Of a DNA stretch of 64,000 bases, positions 13,294 to 25,420 are shown piece after piece. Numbering within the stretch: the first letter of the stretch is position 1; the number at the start of each line of letters is the position of its first letter. The DNA comes from Thalia democratica (lineage: Eukaryota). A program made the translations under genes and the position numbers. The stretch spans positions 24,490,001-24,554,000 of the forward strand of contig OZ241829.1 of NCBI GenBank assembly GCA_965202585.1, read 5' to 3'. A model generated the notes under the pieces. That model was not told the origin of the DNA. It saw only the letters and a list, made by a program, of their open reading frames with translations, and searched no databases.

Positions 13294-14067
13294 ATGAGCA
13301 TGAGACCAGTTCTAAGTATGCCTCTTGCAGAACACATAGACATGCAATTTATAAACAATTTGTTAATCCGATATCCTGGAAATGTTTCCTTTGACAGATT
13401 CCAACGTCTCTGCTACGAGTTTTTGATCGTCAACAAAGTCGGCCACCTGTGTGTGGACTTCATGCTTTAGGACGACGCAGCAATCCTCACAGAAAAAGAC
13501 AACGGGCCTTTTGTAGCTGTATGCACTACTAGGAGAAACGACGAACTCCTGTATTTACAAGCACTTTTCTTTGCATTTAAAAACAAAGGCTTCACCGTCC
13601 AGAGGTTTCCAAATGGTTTGATGGATAGCGACGCTGAGAGTGTTGACAGTGCAGCAGCCGAGCTTGAATTTCCGATTGGAGATCAGCAGCAAAACTCTGG
13701 TGTCGCTGAAACAAACTTTTCAGAAAATTTTGTTACAATAGACGTCTGTCATAAATCTGGACCAATTAGAAACGGGTCAGGATCTTTTCAAAGGCCAACA
13801 AGTAGAAATCAAGGATCTTACCAAAGACCAAACGATATAAATAGACTAGATTCTCAACAAAGGCCAACCATTAGTAATGAAAAATCTCATCACAGACCAA
13901 ACTACAGAAATGGACCAGGATCACAGCAGTGTTCAAACGGTAATATTCAAGGATCAATAAATGTATGTGCACCATTCCGAAGATCAACCAGTACAAATGG
14001 AGGACCAAGTTCTATTGAAGATCCACATCGTTCAGCAGCTAAACTTCCTCATCTTATGTATTTATAG
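13294..14067 (+). CDS. Orphan reading frame with a single in-frame TAG at 13468-13470 (pseudogene, readthrough or spliced)
   Basis: ATG at 13294 follows an acceptor-like ttctatacag. MSMRPVLS...GHLCVDFML*DDAAILTEKDNGPFVAVCTTRRNDELLYLQALFFAFKNKGFTVQRFPNGLMDSD... stays in one frame to TAG 14065-14067 (258 codons). GC is higher than in the flanks. Confidence 0.5.
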
Positions 14068-14579
14068 GGTAATTTTCAATCATAAAGTTGATTTATATAA
14101 GGATTTTTGTTGTAGATACTACATTAAAAGTTTTAGTTAAATTGCAAAGTTTTCAAAATACTTGGCAGTTTCAAATAACTTGTGACTTTCTCATAATTTA
14201 TTGTCATAATTGAATGGTTAAATCGTGTTAGTATTTTTTTTCTTACTTTAAGCTCGACCTTTGTATATTTTAATACATGATATATAATTTTGCTACATTT
14301 TAAATATAAACTTATAATGTAAGAAAACGTTTACTTTTGTTTTATTCTAAACTTAAAAGTTGAATAGATAAGTAATGGTTATATTACGTGTTTAACAAGA
14401 GAGTACGTTATATGAAACAAATTACCCAACTTATGAACTTATTTATGAGAATAATGTGAATAATATGTTGGCTGGAACTATCGTCTATTTCCGTTATTTC
14501 ATGCTAAGCCAACTTATTGAAAATGTTACAACTTCATTTTGAACGACTGTAAACATAGTATATTATATATAATAGCAAT

Positions 14580-14830
14580 GGGAACCGCTCAGTTCCAACC
14601 CTCGATCATTTCCACGCAATTCTCATCCGCACAATTCCTAATTGCTTAAATCCGAAAACCGCTTATCGACCAAGGTTAAGGGTTTGAGTAACAGTAAGAG
14701 AAAAAATTATTGAATAAAAAATTAAAAACTAATAAATATAGAAAGTAAATAGAAAATTTTTTGGGTAGGAATTGTGCGCGGGTTGGAATTATGTGGGTGG
14801 AAAATAACTATAGTGGGAATTGTTAGCATA
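14580..14830 (-). mobile_element. Non-autonomous inverted-repeat element with an actgttactc..aacccttaaccttggtcg core
   Basis: Inverted arms cgcacaattccta (14628-14640) and taggaattgtgcg (14766-14778). The core at ~14660-14697 is the reverse complement of cores at ~30146 and ~36676. Confidence 0.65.
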
Positions 14831-16514
14831 CTAATAGCAATTGTGTCTATGTTAAATCTACATCCAACACTTTTTAAAGTTTCAGTTATTACAATTCATG
14901 CTATACTTTCTGTTAAATACTGAGCTTAATTTTTCTTTGAAAAGTATTTAAGTTGGTTATACATATTCTACAAGCGAATTTTATAATTATGAAATATTAT
15001 GCAATAAAACGAAATAGTAGATAAACGGATTTCTTATTTTCATACTATTTTAGAATTTAGTTTTAAGCTGCAATTGATCCTAAACTCAAACAAAAAAATT
15101 AGAATTACTTTATTTTTAATATTCGTTTTTTATAAGTTAACTTAAAAATTTGAGCTCATTTAAAAGTAGAAAATTGAATTTAAATTTTTAGTGCATTACA
15201 TGCTTTTTAAAAGGTGCTTATAAAGTTTTTTTGCAATGTTAGTTAGCTAATATAAATTATTTTTTTTGTTTATGAGTATACTTGAAGTACCATTCTCTCA
15301 CAAAACTATTTACCATTATCAGGACTTAAAAACAAAAATAAGCTAATTAATTGTAGTAATTATAGTAATTATACTTAATTATCTTATTTTCTATAATGCT
15401 ACCTTAGCATATGATAAGTCAACCTATATTTTTGTAATATAATTTTACAGTTTTTAAATGTTTTTTTTTTTTTTTTTTAGTTTAACTCTGTTTTAATAAT
15501 AATACTACATGCAACTTGTTATACGTTAGTACAAGAAACAGAATTTATACCAAAAATAGACAAATCGTACCAATTTTTATAAGCTAAGTTTGTTTTGTAA
15601 AACTTTAGTCATTTTTGACGTGATTTTACAGTTGTATTAAGTTTTTTATAAAACTTGATGTATTGTATAGCTTATATTTTTAGCTTATTAAGTTAAACGT
15701 AGGAAAAAATATAACTTGTGATTATAAACGATGAAAGAATTATAACTAAGCTTTTAACCAATATATTTCGAAAAACTTGCTTTTTATACACTTTTACAAG
15801 TAGCTGTTGTTAGATAATTGTGCATACGGTTGTACCTAATTAACAAAATAAGTGAAAAGTTTTTTGTAGATTATTTCAATAAGATTCAGTTTTGTATGAT
15901 AATCTTACATACATTCTTCGTACATTTGTATAATAAATTATAATGCTGAAATGCTTTTAAGTTTTTTTTATTAATTACATACTAAGTTTAACTAAATAAA
16001 GAATTTTTTGGCTTAAATTAATTGAAGATTTTTATTTTGTATAAAAATAAGAAGGTAACAATAACTTTTTGAGATTACTTCAAGTCTTTTTTAAACTTTA
16101 GAACGTTGCGTTTGATAATATAATGTATTTATTAGAATATACTTTAATTGATCTAAACTACTTAAAAATTAGATTACTGCTAATCTTATTTTTTGGTGCT
16201 TTCTAATTAAATCAGACAGTATGTTAAGTTTTAAAGGCTACGTACGGATTTCAAAGCTTTTAAACGCTTTTCGTTTTATTATAAACATAAATTTTGATTA
16301 TATTTCTTAAATTTATTATAAAATTCAAAACAGTAGTTAGCAAAATTCGAAAATCAGTCAACAAAAAAGCGCTACAGTACCACAAAAATAATTTTTATAA
16401 GCCAACCACAATCAAAAGTTATTGAAAAACAAAAGGTATATTTCTTATTTTGTGGTTAAAATAAGTATTTGTAATTTATTCGGTATTTTTCAACTAGGGA
16501 AAGAATAATAACAG

Positions 16515-19500
16515 ATGAGCGAAGACAAGAACAAAAAACATACAGTCACCAGCCAAGTCAACATACAACTAAATTCTGTTAAAAGCAAAACAAGAACAAG
16601 CACAGTGCAAACGGCTAAAAAGGTATTTCAACCAAGCGAGCAAGAATCATCTTGCAGTGAACATGCTGGCAACAAACCAAGAACGAGTGAACCAGCAGCT
16701 TCAAATAAAATGAAAGCGAATTCAAATGAAACCCAAGAGGACGCAAGCTGGTACACTGGCCGTCGCAGCTCAAGCATAAAGATCAGCTCGAAGAAAGTCC
16801 CGCTTGCTTCGAAGAAGTCGATAGTTTCGAACGCAGTCAGTTTCTACGAAGGCTCGCCAACAAACAACGGTTCAAATAAAGCGAGGGTTTCTGGCCAGGA
16901 GCAAAAAAGCGCGGTGTGGTTTAGAAGGAATAGCAATTACGATAAGCTTTTGTCGAAATTTTCAAATAACTCAAAAGTAAGTTATGTTTTAATTTTATTT
17001 AACTATTAGTGTAAAGTTTTTTTTTTAATGTTAACTTTATTAGTTTTAATTTTTTTTAACTTGTAGTAAAAGTTTTTATTCAGAGTAGTACAATTTTTTG
17101 ACTTAAAACTTTTACAGATTGAAACACCAGGGAACAACTCTCAAAATTTACAAAAAAATAATCAAAAAGAAGCTATTATAAAAGAAAATAAATCTTTAGT
17201 GTCAACAGAAAAAAATAAATTTAACACTAATGCTAAAGAAAACTTTGAATGCGTTAATGGAACTGCTGAAGCTACAAAAAATCCAAACGAAGTAAAGTTA
17301 CGGGATAAAAACAATAAAGTTAACAACAACTCCGATCATCGTATTTCGAGAGAAGATACTAGGTTAGCATCTGCAATTTTTTCAAGACCAGGTCTAGCTA
17401 AAAACTGTGCACGTAGACTTAATAGACCTAAATCGACCGAATTCTCAGTCAGAAATTGGGTTAATGACAACTCTAACTTAGCTGTTTCTACTTTAAAAAA
17501 GATAAATCCAAATCCGGCTGTAAACGTACCCCGTGACACAAACTTTACTCTGACTAAAAATAAGTTTGAAGTTCATCCAAATACTAAGAAGCCATCAAAC
17601 TTGAAGCCCAGTAATAACCCGTCCAAACGTGCGGATCTTAACAAAATTAACCCAAGAAATCCAGAGTCTTCTAACTTTACATCGACATCTAATCGAATTC
17701 TCCTAGATTCATCAAAACAAAGATCTTCAAAACTTCCATATCCACCTAGACATTTAGAATTAATAGCAGTTGAAAAAAAGGAGCCATTAAACAATGTTTC
17801 AAGATTTTCTTTACAACCAAAACAAGCAGAGTTTAAACCAGTAAAGTTTATAAGTCCAAGATCTTCTAAAAAGCAACAGCCTTTTCTACCGAAAACTGTA
17901 CCACCAGAAAATGACTGTGCTGATCTTACAAACCAGCCAACACCACTTGGGTGTTCAAAAGCTTCCAAGCCAGTAACAATACCCAGCCGACCAAACAACA
18001 ACCAATTTTCCGCCGCTTACTTTCAGGAAAAAGGTTCCTGGAGCTCGCTTTCTCCCAACCCTCCGTTCCCATTCAAACGATTTCAATCTAAATTTTCGGC
18101 TTTGAAGAAAAAAGAAGACGCAAAAGATCCAACGCCATCTGGATCGCATGAAGAAGCTCTTCGTTCGAGTCTCCGATCGGTGCCGAGGCCTTCGGAACCA
18201 ATAAAGGTACCATCTGCGGTAAGAAATTCTAAAATAAAGCAGTCCGTCACGCCGCCGACTCCTCCCACTTTGAAAGGGAACGGCGCTTTTTCGGAATCCC
18301 CGTTTTCAACAAGAACCCTGTACCCGCCTTTGTCTGAAAACCTCCTTGTGACACCATCATCACCTGTATTTGTTCGCGAGGAGTCGAAAGCTTCGCCATA
18401 CAGGTATCCCTCGGTTAGCGCGGCGGCTCCGGAAAAGCTGAGCGTGATCCACGCGAACCTTCAGCTGGCGCCGAAAACTTCACACATCAAAAGTTCCGGA
18501 TACGAGAAGGTTTCATTCAAGCCGAGGTTTTCCAAGATGAACGATCCTGGATTCGAGAACTTACCGGTTGCAGCTGTAACTTCTAACTTGAACGATCGAG
18601 CTCACGAAAACATACCTTTAAAACCGAGAGATTCGATCTTGAACAATCCAAATAACAGAAATCCTTTTCCACCAACAAACCAATCACTACCTCAAAGACC
18701 CACACAGCTGCCAATTTCAACCATATCGGATCGTTCATCGACTAAAATGCCCAGTATAACTTTAAACAAAAACTTGGAGCCTTTTGCAGCTGTAACTTCA
18801 AATTTGGACGATCAAGCGCACGAAAACATTCCTTCGAAGCCGAGAGATTTAAGCTTGAACGGTTCAGAAAAAAGAAATCCTTTTCCATCAACGAACCCTT
18901 CACCGCCTCAAAGACCCACACATCTGCCAATTTCAACCATACCGGAGTCAACTAAAACGCCCAATAAAACTTTAAACAAAAACTTGATACCCCCTCCCGT
19001 TGATACCCCTAACTTTGAGCCACCATCGCCAATGATACCCCCTCCCCCACAGCTAAACACCCCGCCAACGGGGATTCCCCCTCCGCCGCCCCTGAACACC
19101 CCGACAACGGGGATTCCTCCTCCTCCGCCGATCACCCCCGTCACCCCTTCCGCGAGGAGAAAGGTTCCGGATGAGCGGTTGTGCGCGCTCCCGTCACCCC
19201 CTAAACAGAAAGTGAAGCGTCACGTGACTTACGAGCAGGTGAAGAGGACGAGGAGCCGGAAGAAGGGAATGGAGGAGTTCAAGGAGCACGACCACCACAA
19301 GTGCCGCATGGAGTTTCAGAGTTCCGATCTGAAGAAGCTGCAGTCGCTGGTGCCCGTGCCTGAGCAGCTAAGAAAACAAGTTGTGAGTATTATATTAATT
19401 CTTCATTTTGCTTTTGTTTATTATTCATACTTTGTAAATTTTTTAGAAACATTGTAGTCTGTTGAAATTTTTTTAATGTAATCGTTATATTATACACTAT

Positions 19501-22500
19501 TATCAGTTATTGCTTTAAATATTTATTTGCTTTTACATCGCACAGAAACCGAAGCGAAAAAAGCCGTGCACCTCCGCCTCGCTTGCCACCCACAAGCCGT
19601 CTCAGAAAGCGAACTTGACGCGAGCCAACACTTCAGGGTGCGCCGAGACGCCCAAACACCGACAGCAGGTGGCGGTGAAGAGCGAGCTGCGCAAGTTCAA
19701 CTGGCGAGCGGTGGACAGAAGTGAAAAGTTCGAGTACAGCTTCTGGACCAACTACGTGGACCACGTGGCGTTCCACGACCCGCAGCTGAAGGGGATGCTG
19801 GTGAAGAAGTTCACGTTCTGCCCGAGCAAGGCGGTGAAAAGGGATCTGATGAGGAGGGTTGAATGCAGGAAGAAGTTCCTGGACAAGATGCAGGAGCAGA
19901 ACTTGAGTTGGTTTTATTTTGCAGATTGGTGGCTTTATGCTTAAATGTTGTTTACTCTGAGTTAAAAATGAATTTTCAAATTCATTACGTTTAGGGAATT
20001 AGCTGCATTAATGTTGTCTAACACCTTAGGTGAAAATTATTACTTCACTAAGCATTAAAAATATAGACTTTACTTTATCATTTTAAACAACATTAAAGTT
20101 AAATATTACTTTTAACTCATTTTCAATAACCAATATTTTATTTTAACAAAGTCTAATGATGATGACAAAAGATGCAATATATATTAAACGGTCTTTTTCT
20201 GTTTTTATAATAAAAAACAAACAAAATGCAGCGATCGCCCTCAGAGGGAGGTACGACCTGCGAATGAACCCGAGGAAGGCGATCGTGGAGGCGAGCGAGG
20301 TGTTGGACGAAAACGTCATCAAGAACCTGCTTAACAACGTTCCCAACTCCAACAAGCTGCAGGAGTTGGATGGCTACACCAAGGAGGATTTCGCCAAATT
20401 TACTGAAACGGAACTGTTCGTGTGGAGGGTGAGTTTTTGTATAAAGTATGAGGTTTCGTATTAAGTTTGAGTTTTTATATGGAGGTTGAGAAGTTAAACA
20501 AGTTTTGTTTTTATTGGCAGCTGTAAACAAAAAGCATCTTTTGTTATGCGTTAGAACGATTAAAAAAGAGTTTAAACGTTTTTAGGAAAACTAATATAGA
20601 CTTAAGATAAGAAAAGAGTACTATTTTAGGACCATAATTGACATATGTTAAGATATTTCACCCCTAAATTATATTTTTAGCTCAGCCAAGTGGACCATTT
20701 CGAGCTGAGGCTGAACCACCTGCTGTACATGAGAACCTTCCACGGGGTCATCGGACCGCTTAATTACGAAATTCACAACATTGTGGAGGCCTGCATGGAC
20801 TTGTACGGAAACACCGCGTTAGTTTGACAAACTAATAATTTCGTATAACATTTAGTTGTTTATTTGACAGAACACCGGGTTAGTTTGACATTTTTTTAAA
20901 AGAATTAGCTTATAACTGTGTATAAGACAAAGCTTTGTTTGTAGGCAAGTTTATCTTGGGTTTCTTTTACTAATTTAATTTAGCATGAGTACATTTTAAC
21001 GCTTAAAATGTGTTTACCTTCCTTGTTTTACAGCCTGCGAAACTTCATGTATCTAGTGCTTGTAATTGGAAACACTTTGAGCGAAGGAAAAAGAAAAGAA
21101 ATAAACGGATTTGACACGAGTTTTTTAACCAAAGTAATTTAAAAATTTATTCATCATCTAATTTATATAACTTATTAATTTTGTACTGTATGCCAACAAC
21201 AAATTAATACATAAAAAGTATTGAAAATTGTACTTTTACTTCAAATTTTTTTTTTTGCAAATTAATATTAGTAAACTACAAAAGGTTTCTTTACAGTTTA
21301 GTTTCATTTGCGAATTCTGTAAAACTTCCATTAATTTATAACAAACAAATAAAACCTATTTTAAATTTCAAATTACTCAGCTGAGCAGTATACAATCAAA
21401 CACGAAAGGAAAGACAATGTTGCACTTTTTGGTTGACTACGTTGCTAGGGAACGGAAGGGGTTGTGCCAAAACATGGATGGGTTCACAGATATGCTGGGG
21501 TCAATGCATGACGCTTCTAAAGGTAATGAGTTACACAAAACTTTATTGAAAAAATACATTGCTCGACTTTTGAAATGAAACTTTTTGCTATATAAATTGC
21601 TAGGAAGCTTGAAGATAATAAAAAAGTATACAAGTCAAATAAAGTTGTCGGCAATCGCGTTAAAAAGTTAAATGTTATTATACGAATTAAATAAGTAAAA
21701 AATATTAATACATGATATCAGAAAAAATGTCTATTTTCTATCAACCTTTCTAATAACTATAATTAGGTATAAACTTAATATCTTCTTTATAACGCTAAAA
21801 TTTATTGTATACATAAGTATTGGGGTATACTAAGTATCTCACATATAGGAGTTAAAACTAATTTATATATTTTCTATATCGTAATTTTGATAAAAGTTTA
21901 GGTAATCAAAAATATTAATGTAAAGCTTTGTGTTATTTGATTGATCTAGTTAACTTTAAAGCTACCTAAAATATATCAAAGCGTCTAAATTAGTCATTTA
22001 TTGGTAAGTTATTTTTGTTTTTTAAAGGGGAAAATATATAATCTAGAACTTATTCTTAAATTTTATGGCATAATTTTTTAGTTTCAACGTAAGGTAAATT
22101 TTTAACACTTTTTTCTTAATAAAAGTATTTGAGTAGAGATTTAATTTTCAGAATAAAGTCTAGATTTATCACTTAACACATTTGTTAACAGCTGCAGAAA
22201 GCAAAGTAGCGCACACAATTCAAAAACTTCTGGAAGATTTTGAAAACTTTGACATGGATATAGATCTATTGGAAGAGAATGAAGGTCGCCGACAACCTTA
22301 TACTGAAGTAAGCTCTAATTTACATATGTAAATCATTTAACTATTAAAAAAAATAATTATTGTTGGTAAACAGCTCTTTTTTATTCAAATTGGTTATTCA
22401 GCTTTGCAACATTAAAGTTGCACAGAAGCACTTTGCACTAACAAGTCTATAAAAAGCACTAAAAATATGTAACATATAAATGTGTTTACAAACACAAACT

Positions 22501-25420
22501 TAAAAACACAATTTAGTTCTACAAAGCTGCCAGTAGAGAAACTAGAGAGCTGGAGAAAAGCTTTTTGTTGATGAACCACGGAATTAAGTTGGTTCGACTG
22601 GCATACTGCGTGGATGAGAAGAAACCAATCGAGGAGGTTTTCAGCGAAATGAACAAGTTTTACGAAGACTTTCTTGTAAGTTGACTGCATAAATAGTTTT
22701 AATTGTGCTTCACGTTTAAATTATTCGATATAAAAAATAGGAAGTTGAATATGAAAATGCTGAAAAATCTCAAAAGAAGTTAAAAAAAGAAATTAACAAT
22801 TTCACAAACATTAAAAGAGGCATTTCAGCTGCCAAGTCAAAAAAAGATAAAAAGATAAATTTGCTTAACTCAAAGAGTGGAGGTAAGTTTAAAAAAAATC
22901 TAAAAGCTGTTTTTTATAATGAAATAGTAAAATAAAAGTCTGTAACAATTCTCAAACAAACTCTAAACATAACAAATGTATAGGTTTGAACGACTTCAAT
23001 AACATTTTTAAAGAAATTAAAATGAAAGCAGCAAGTTCTAAAAAAGGTATTTGTAAAACATCTTAAAACATAAACTACTAAAAGCTTAAAAAATAATTGT
23101 ATAAATATCTTAAGAAGATGGAATAAAGTGATTTTATTTTTACAATTCAATATTTTTATATTGAAACGAAACATAAAGATTTGAAAATTATCAGTATTTA
23201 AGTTTTTTTCGTTAACATACAATAAAACTTAATTTTATGTATGATGCTAATAAAACTTCAAATTAATGTAAAAAATTTCAGCTTGGTTTAACAAATCAGC
23301 TTCAGAGGTATCTACCGAATCTGGTTAGTTATTTAACTTATTTCTGTTTTTTATTTTAAAACACATATTTGTTTTAGATTCAAATCTAATATTCATTGTA
23401 AGTTAAAACTTGCAAAATGAAACTTTTAACTGTTTACTGTTTTCTTGTCGGTATAAAAAAAACTTTTAGTTTGTAAACCAAAAACTTAACCAAACTTTAA
23501 AAAGAACATATTTTCACTTCTAAAACCAAACCTCCATGACTTTTTTAACTATTTAATTTAAAACTGTTACAACCTGCTATTACTATTTATTAATTTTACG
23601 TTTGTTGCATCATCTTAAACTTAAAGCAAAACATTGAACCATTAAGCTTATTCAAAAGAACTCATTTCTGTAAACAATTCTCATTTAAAAACTTCTTTTA
23701 TGCATGTTTTATTTTTTATATGTTTGTAGTATTATTATAACCAGGCTTTAAATTCATGAGTATATATGTCAATGCTACTATTTAGATTTAAATGTATGTT
23801 TAAATAAAGCATTTAGCTTTGTATAACTATAATAGCTTTTCATATGTGCTACTACTTCAAAACTCAATATGTATTTTTAAATCAGAATTTATCTATAAAC
23901 AAATCAAATGTTTTGCTACAGTGCAACTTTTTTTAATCTGAAAATTATAGTTTATAAGAGTTTTAAGAAATATTTTTATTTTTAGAGAGTATGTACAGTT
24001 CAACACAGTCTTTAACTAGTGAGAGTAGTGAGTTAAAACTTATTATTACAATCTATATCTTGAATTCAGGATTTTAATATGTTTTAATAGTTTAAAAGTA
24101 CATAAATTAAATGTTAACAACCTTTTTTTGAGTATACACTAAACTGTAGAAAAAAAGCATGCGTGTTTAGTAATTTCTTTAAAACTTTTTAATGATTAAG
24201 TCTTTAAAAATGTGTACTGTATAGTTTTTTCGGTTCTCACGAAGTATTAGAATTGTCTCTGATACATTTTTAAACTACTACTATTAAAACTGTATTGTAT
24301 ACAAATATTTAACTCTGTTACACAACTATTGCCAAACAATTTTTTTTGCTGGTTTATAACCAATAAGTTATAAATTTAAGTACTTAAATAGTTTCATTAA
24401 TCTTAAGAACCTGTATTTTTTAATAAAAATGTTTCTTAATTTATATAAAAGTTTTCCATCATATGTGTCTGTGTGTTAACGGATTAACACACTTCAACTG
24501 GGTTCTGTAAAAAAATAATTACTGTAATGAGAGAATAGAAGCATAGAATAAGGTAGGTGTAAACATGTTTTCATTAAAATAAAACATTTTCTACAGATAA
24601 TAGTTAATAATAGGTAAAATACTTAATATTAAATCCGACTGTTATAAAACTATATAATATTTACACAACAAAACAACAAATCATAATATAAACAAACAAC
24701 TCACGTTAATAGGAAAGATAACTGATACAAATATTATCGTTGTTAACTTTTAATTTAATATTAAGTAACATTAACTATTATCTGTAGAAAATATTTTATT
24801 TTGATGAAAAATGTGTACACCTACTTAATTCTATGCTTCTATTCTCTCATAACAGTAGTTATTTTTTTACAGAACCCAGTTGAAATGTGTTAATCCGTTA
24901 ACACACAGAAACATATGTTGGTACAATAAAGGAAGATTATAGTACAATTTGTTTTTATTTATATTTCAGTGAAGTTACTTCACTAGGATCTTTTGTTAAC
25001 AAACGATTAAACCTATATTTTTGAACAGTTATAAAAGTTTTCCTTTATTTTATATGCAAAATGATGCAGAATTTTTATCTAAAAATATACAAAGCTTAAT
25101 TTAAACGTTAAATTAAAATAAAGGTTGGACAGCAAACGAGAAGTATTCGAAAAACTCATACAGCAATATTTCTTCTGAGATAAGTGAGTCTAATTATCAT
25201 GTTATTATGTTGTAATACTCCTAATTTCTTTGTTGCATTTAATATTTATTGGTAATTAACAGTTTTAAAGTCTTACGTAAACCTCAAATAAAACTGATAT
25301 CCAGGTAGAAACGACGATCTTCAGCGAGCGCTCCTAAAGGTCCAACGGAGTTATGAGCGTCGGGAGAAGTTGAGAAAATCAAAAGAAAGCTCCAACAGCA
25401 GCGGCTCAACTGTCACTTGA
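16515..25420 (+). CDS. Formin (FH1-FH2) with a long low-complexity N-terminus and DAD-like tail
   Basis: Exons 16515-16976, 17118-19382, 19546-19906, 20232-20428, 20681-20817, 21034-21133, 21381-21522, 22192-22307, 22517-22675, 22741-22882, 23282-23323, 25124-25183 and 25305-25420 are phase-consistent GT-AG (the last small exons are less certain). Polyproline FH1 (PPPPQLNTPPTGIPPPPP...). FH2 motifs LRKFNW..SFW, QNLTIAL, LSQVDHFELRL, LVLVIGNTLSEG..GFDTSFLTKL, KTMLHFLV, EEVFSEMNKFYEDF. Tail DDLQRALLKVQRSYERREK. Confidence 0.88.
18570..18986 (+). repeat. In-frame tandem duplication (period 216 bp, 72 aa) in formin coding exon 2
   Basis: AAVTSNLNDRAHENIPLKPRD..NPFPPTN..PQRPTQLPISTI..TLNKNL versus AAVTSNLDDQAHENIPSKPRD..NPFPSTN..PQRPTHLPISTI..TLNKNL; units start at 18570 and 18786. 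Confidence 0.92.
24460..24917. mobile_element. Foldback/MITE-like element with ~150-170-bp inverted arms in a formin intron
   Basis: Left arm catatgtgtctgtgtgttaacggattaacacacttcaactgggttctgtaaaaaaata..ctacagataatagttaa (24460-24607) is near-perfectly reverse-complementary to the right arm (24771-24917). Both ends carry catatg, so a TA target duplication is possible. Confidence 0.9.

Noticed and set aside
13468-13470. Reassigned genetic code (TAG as sense)
   Set aside because: All other modelled genes translate without internal stops in the standard code; one TAG is not enough.
17336-20530. Minus-strand ORFs over the formin, and plus ORF 19527-19724
   Set aside because: Antisense or alternate-frame shadows of GC-rich formin exons.
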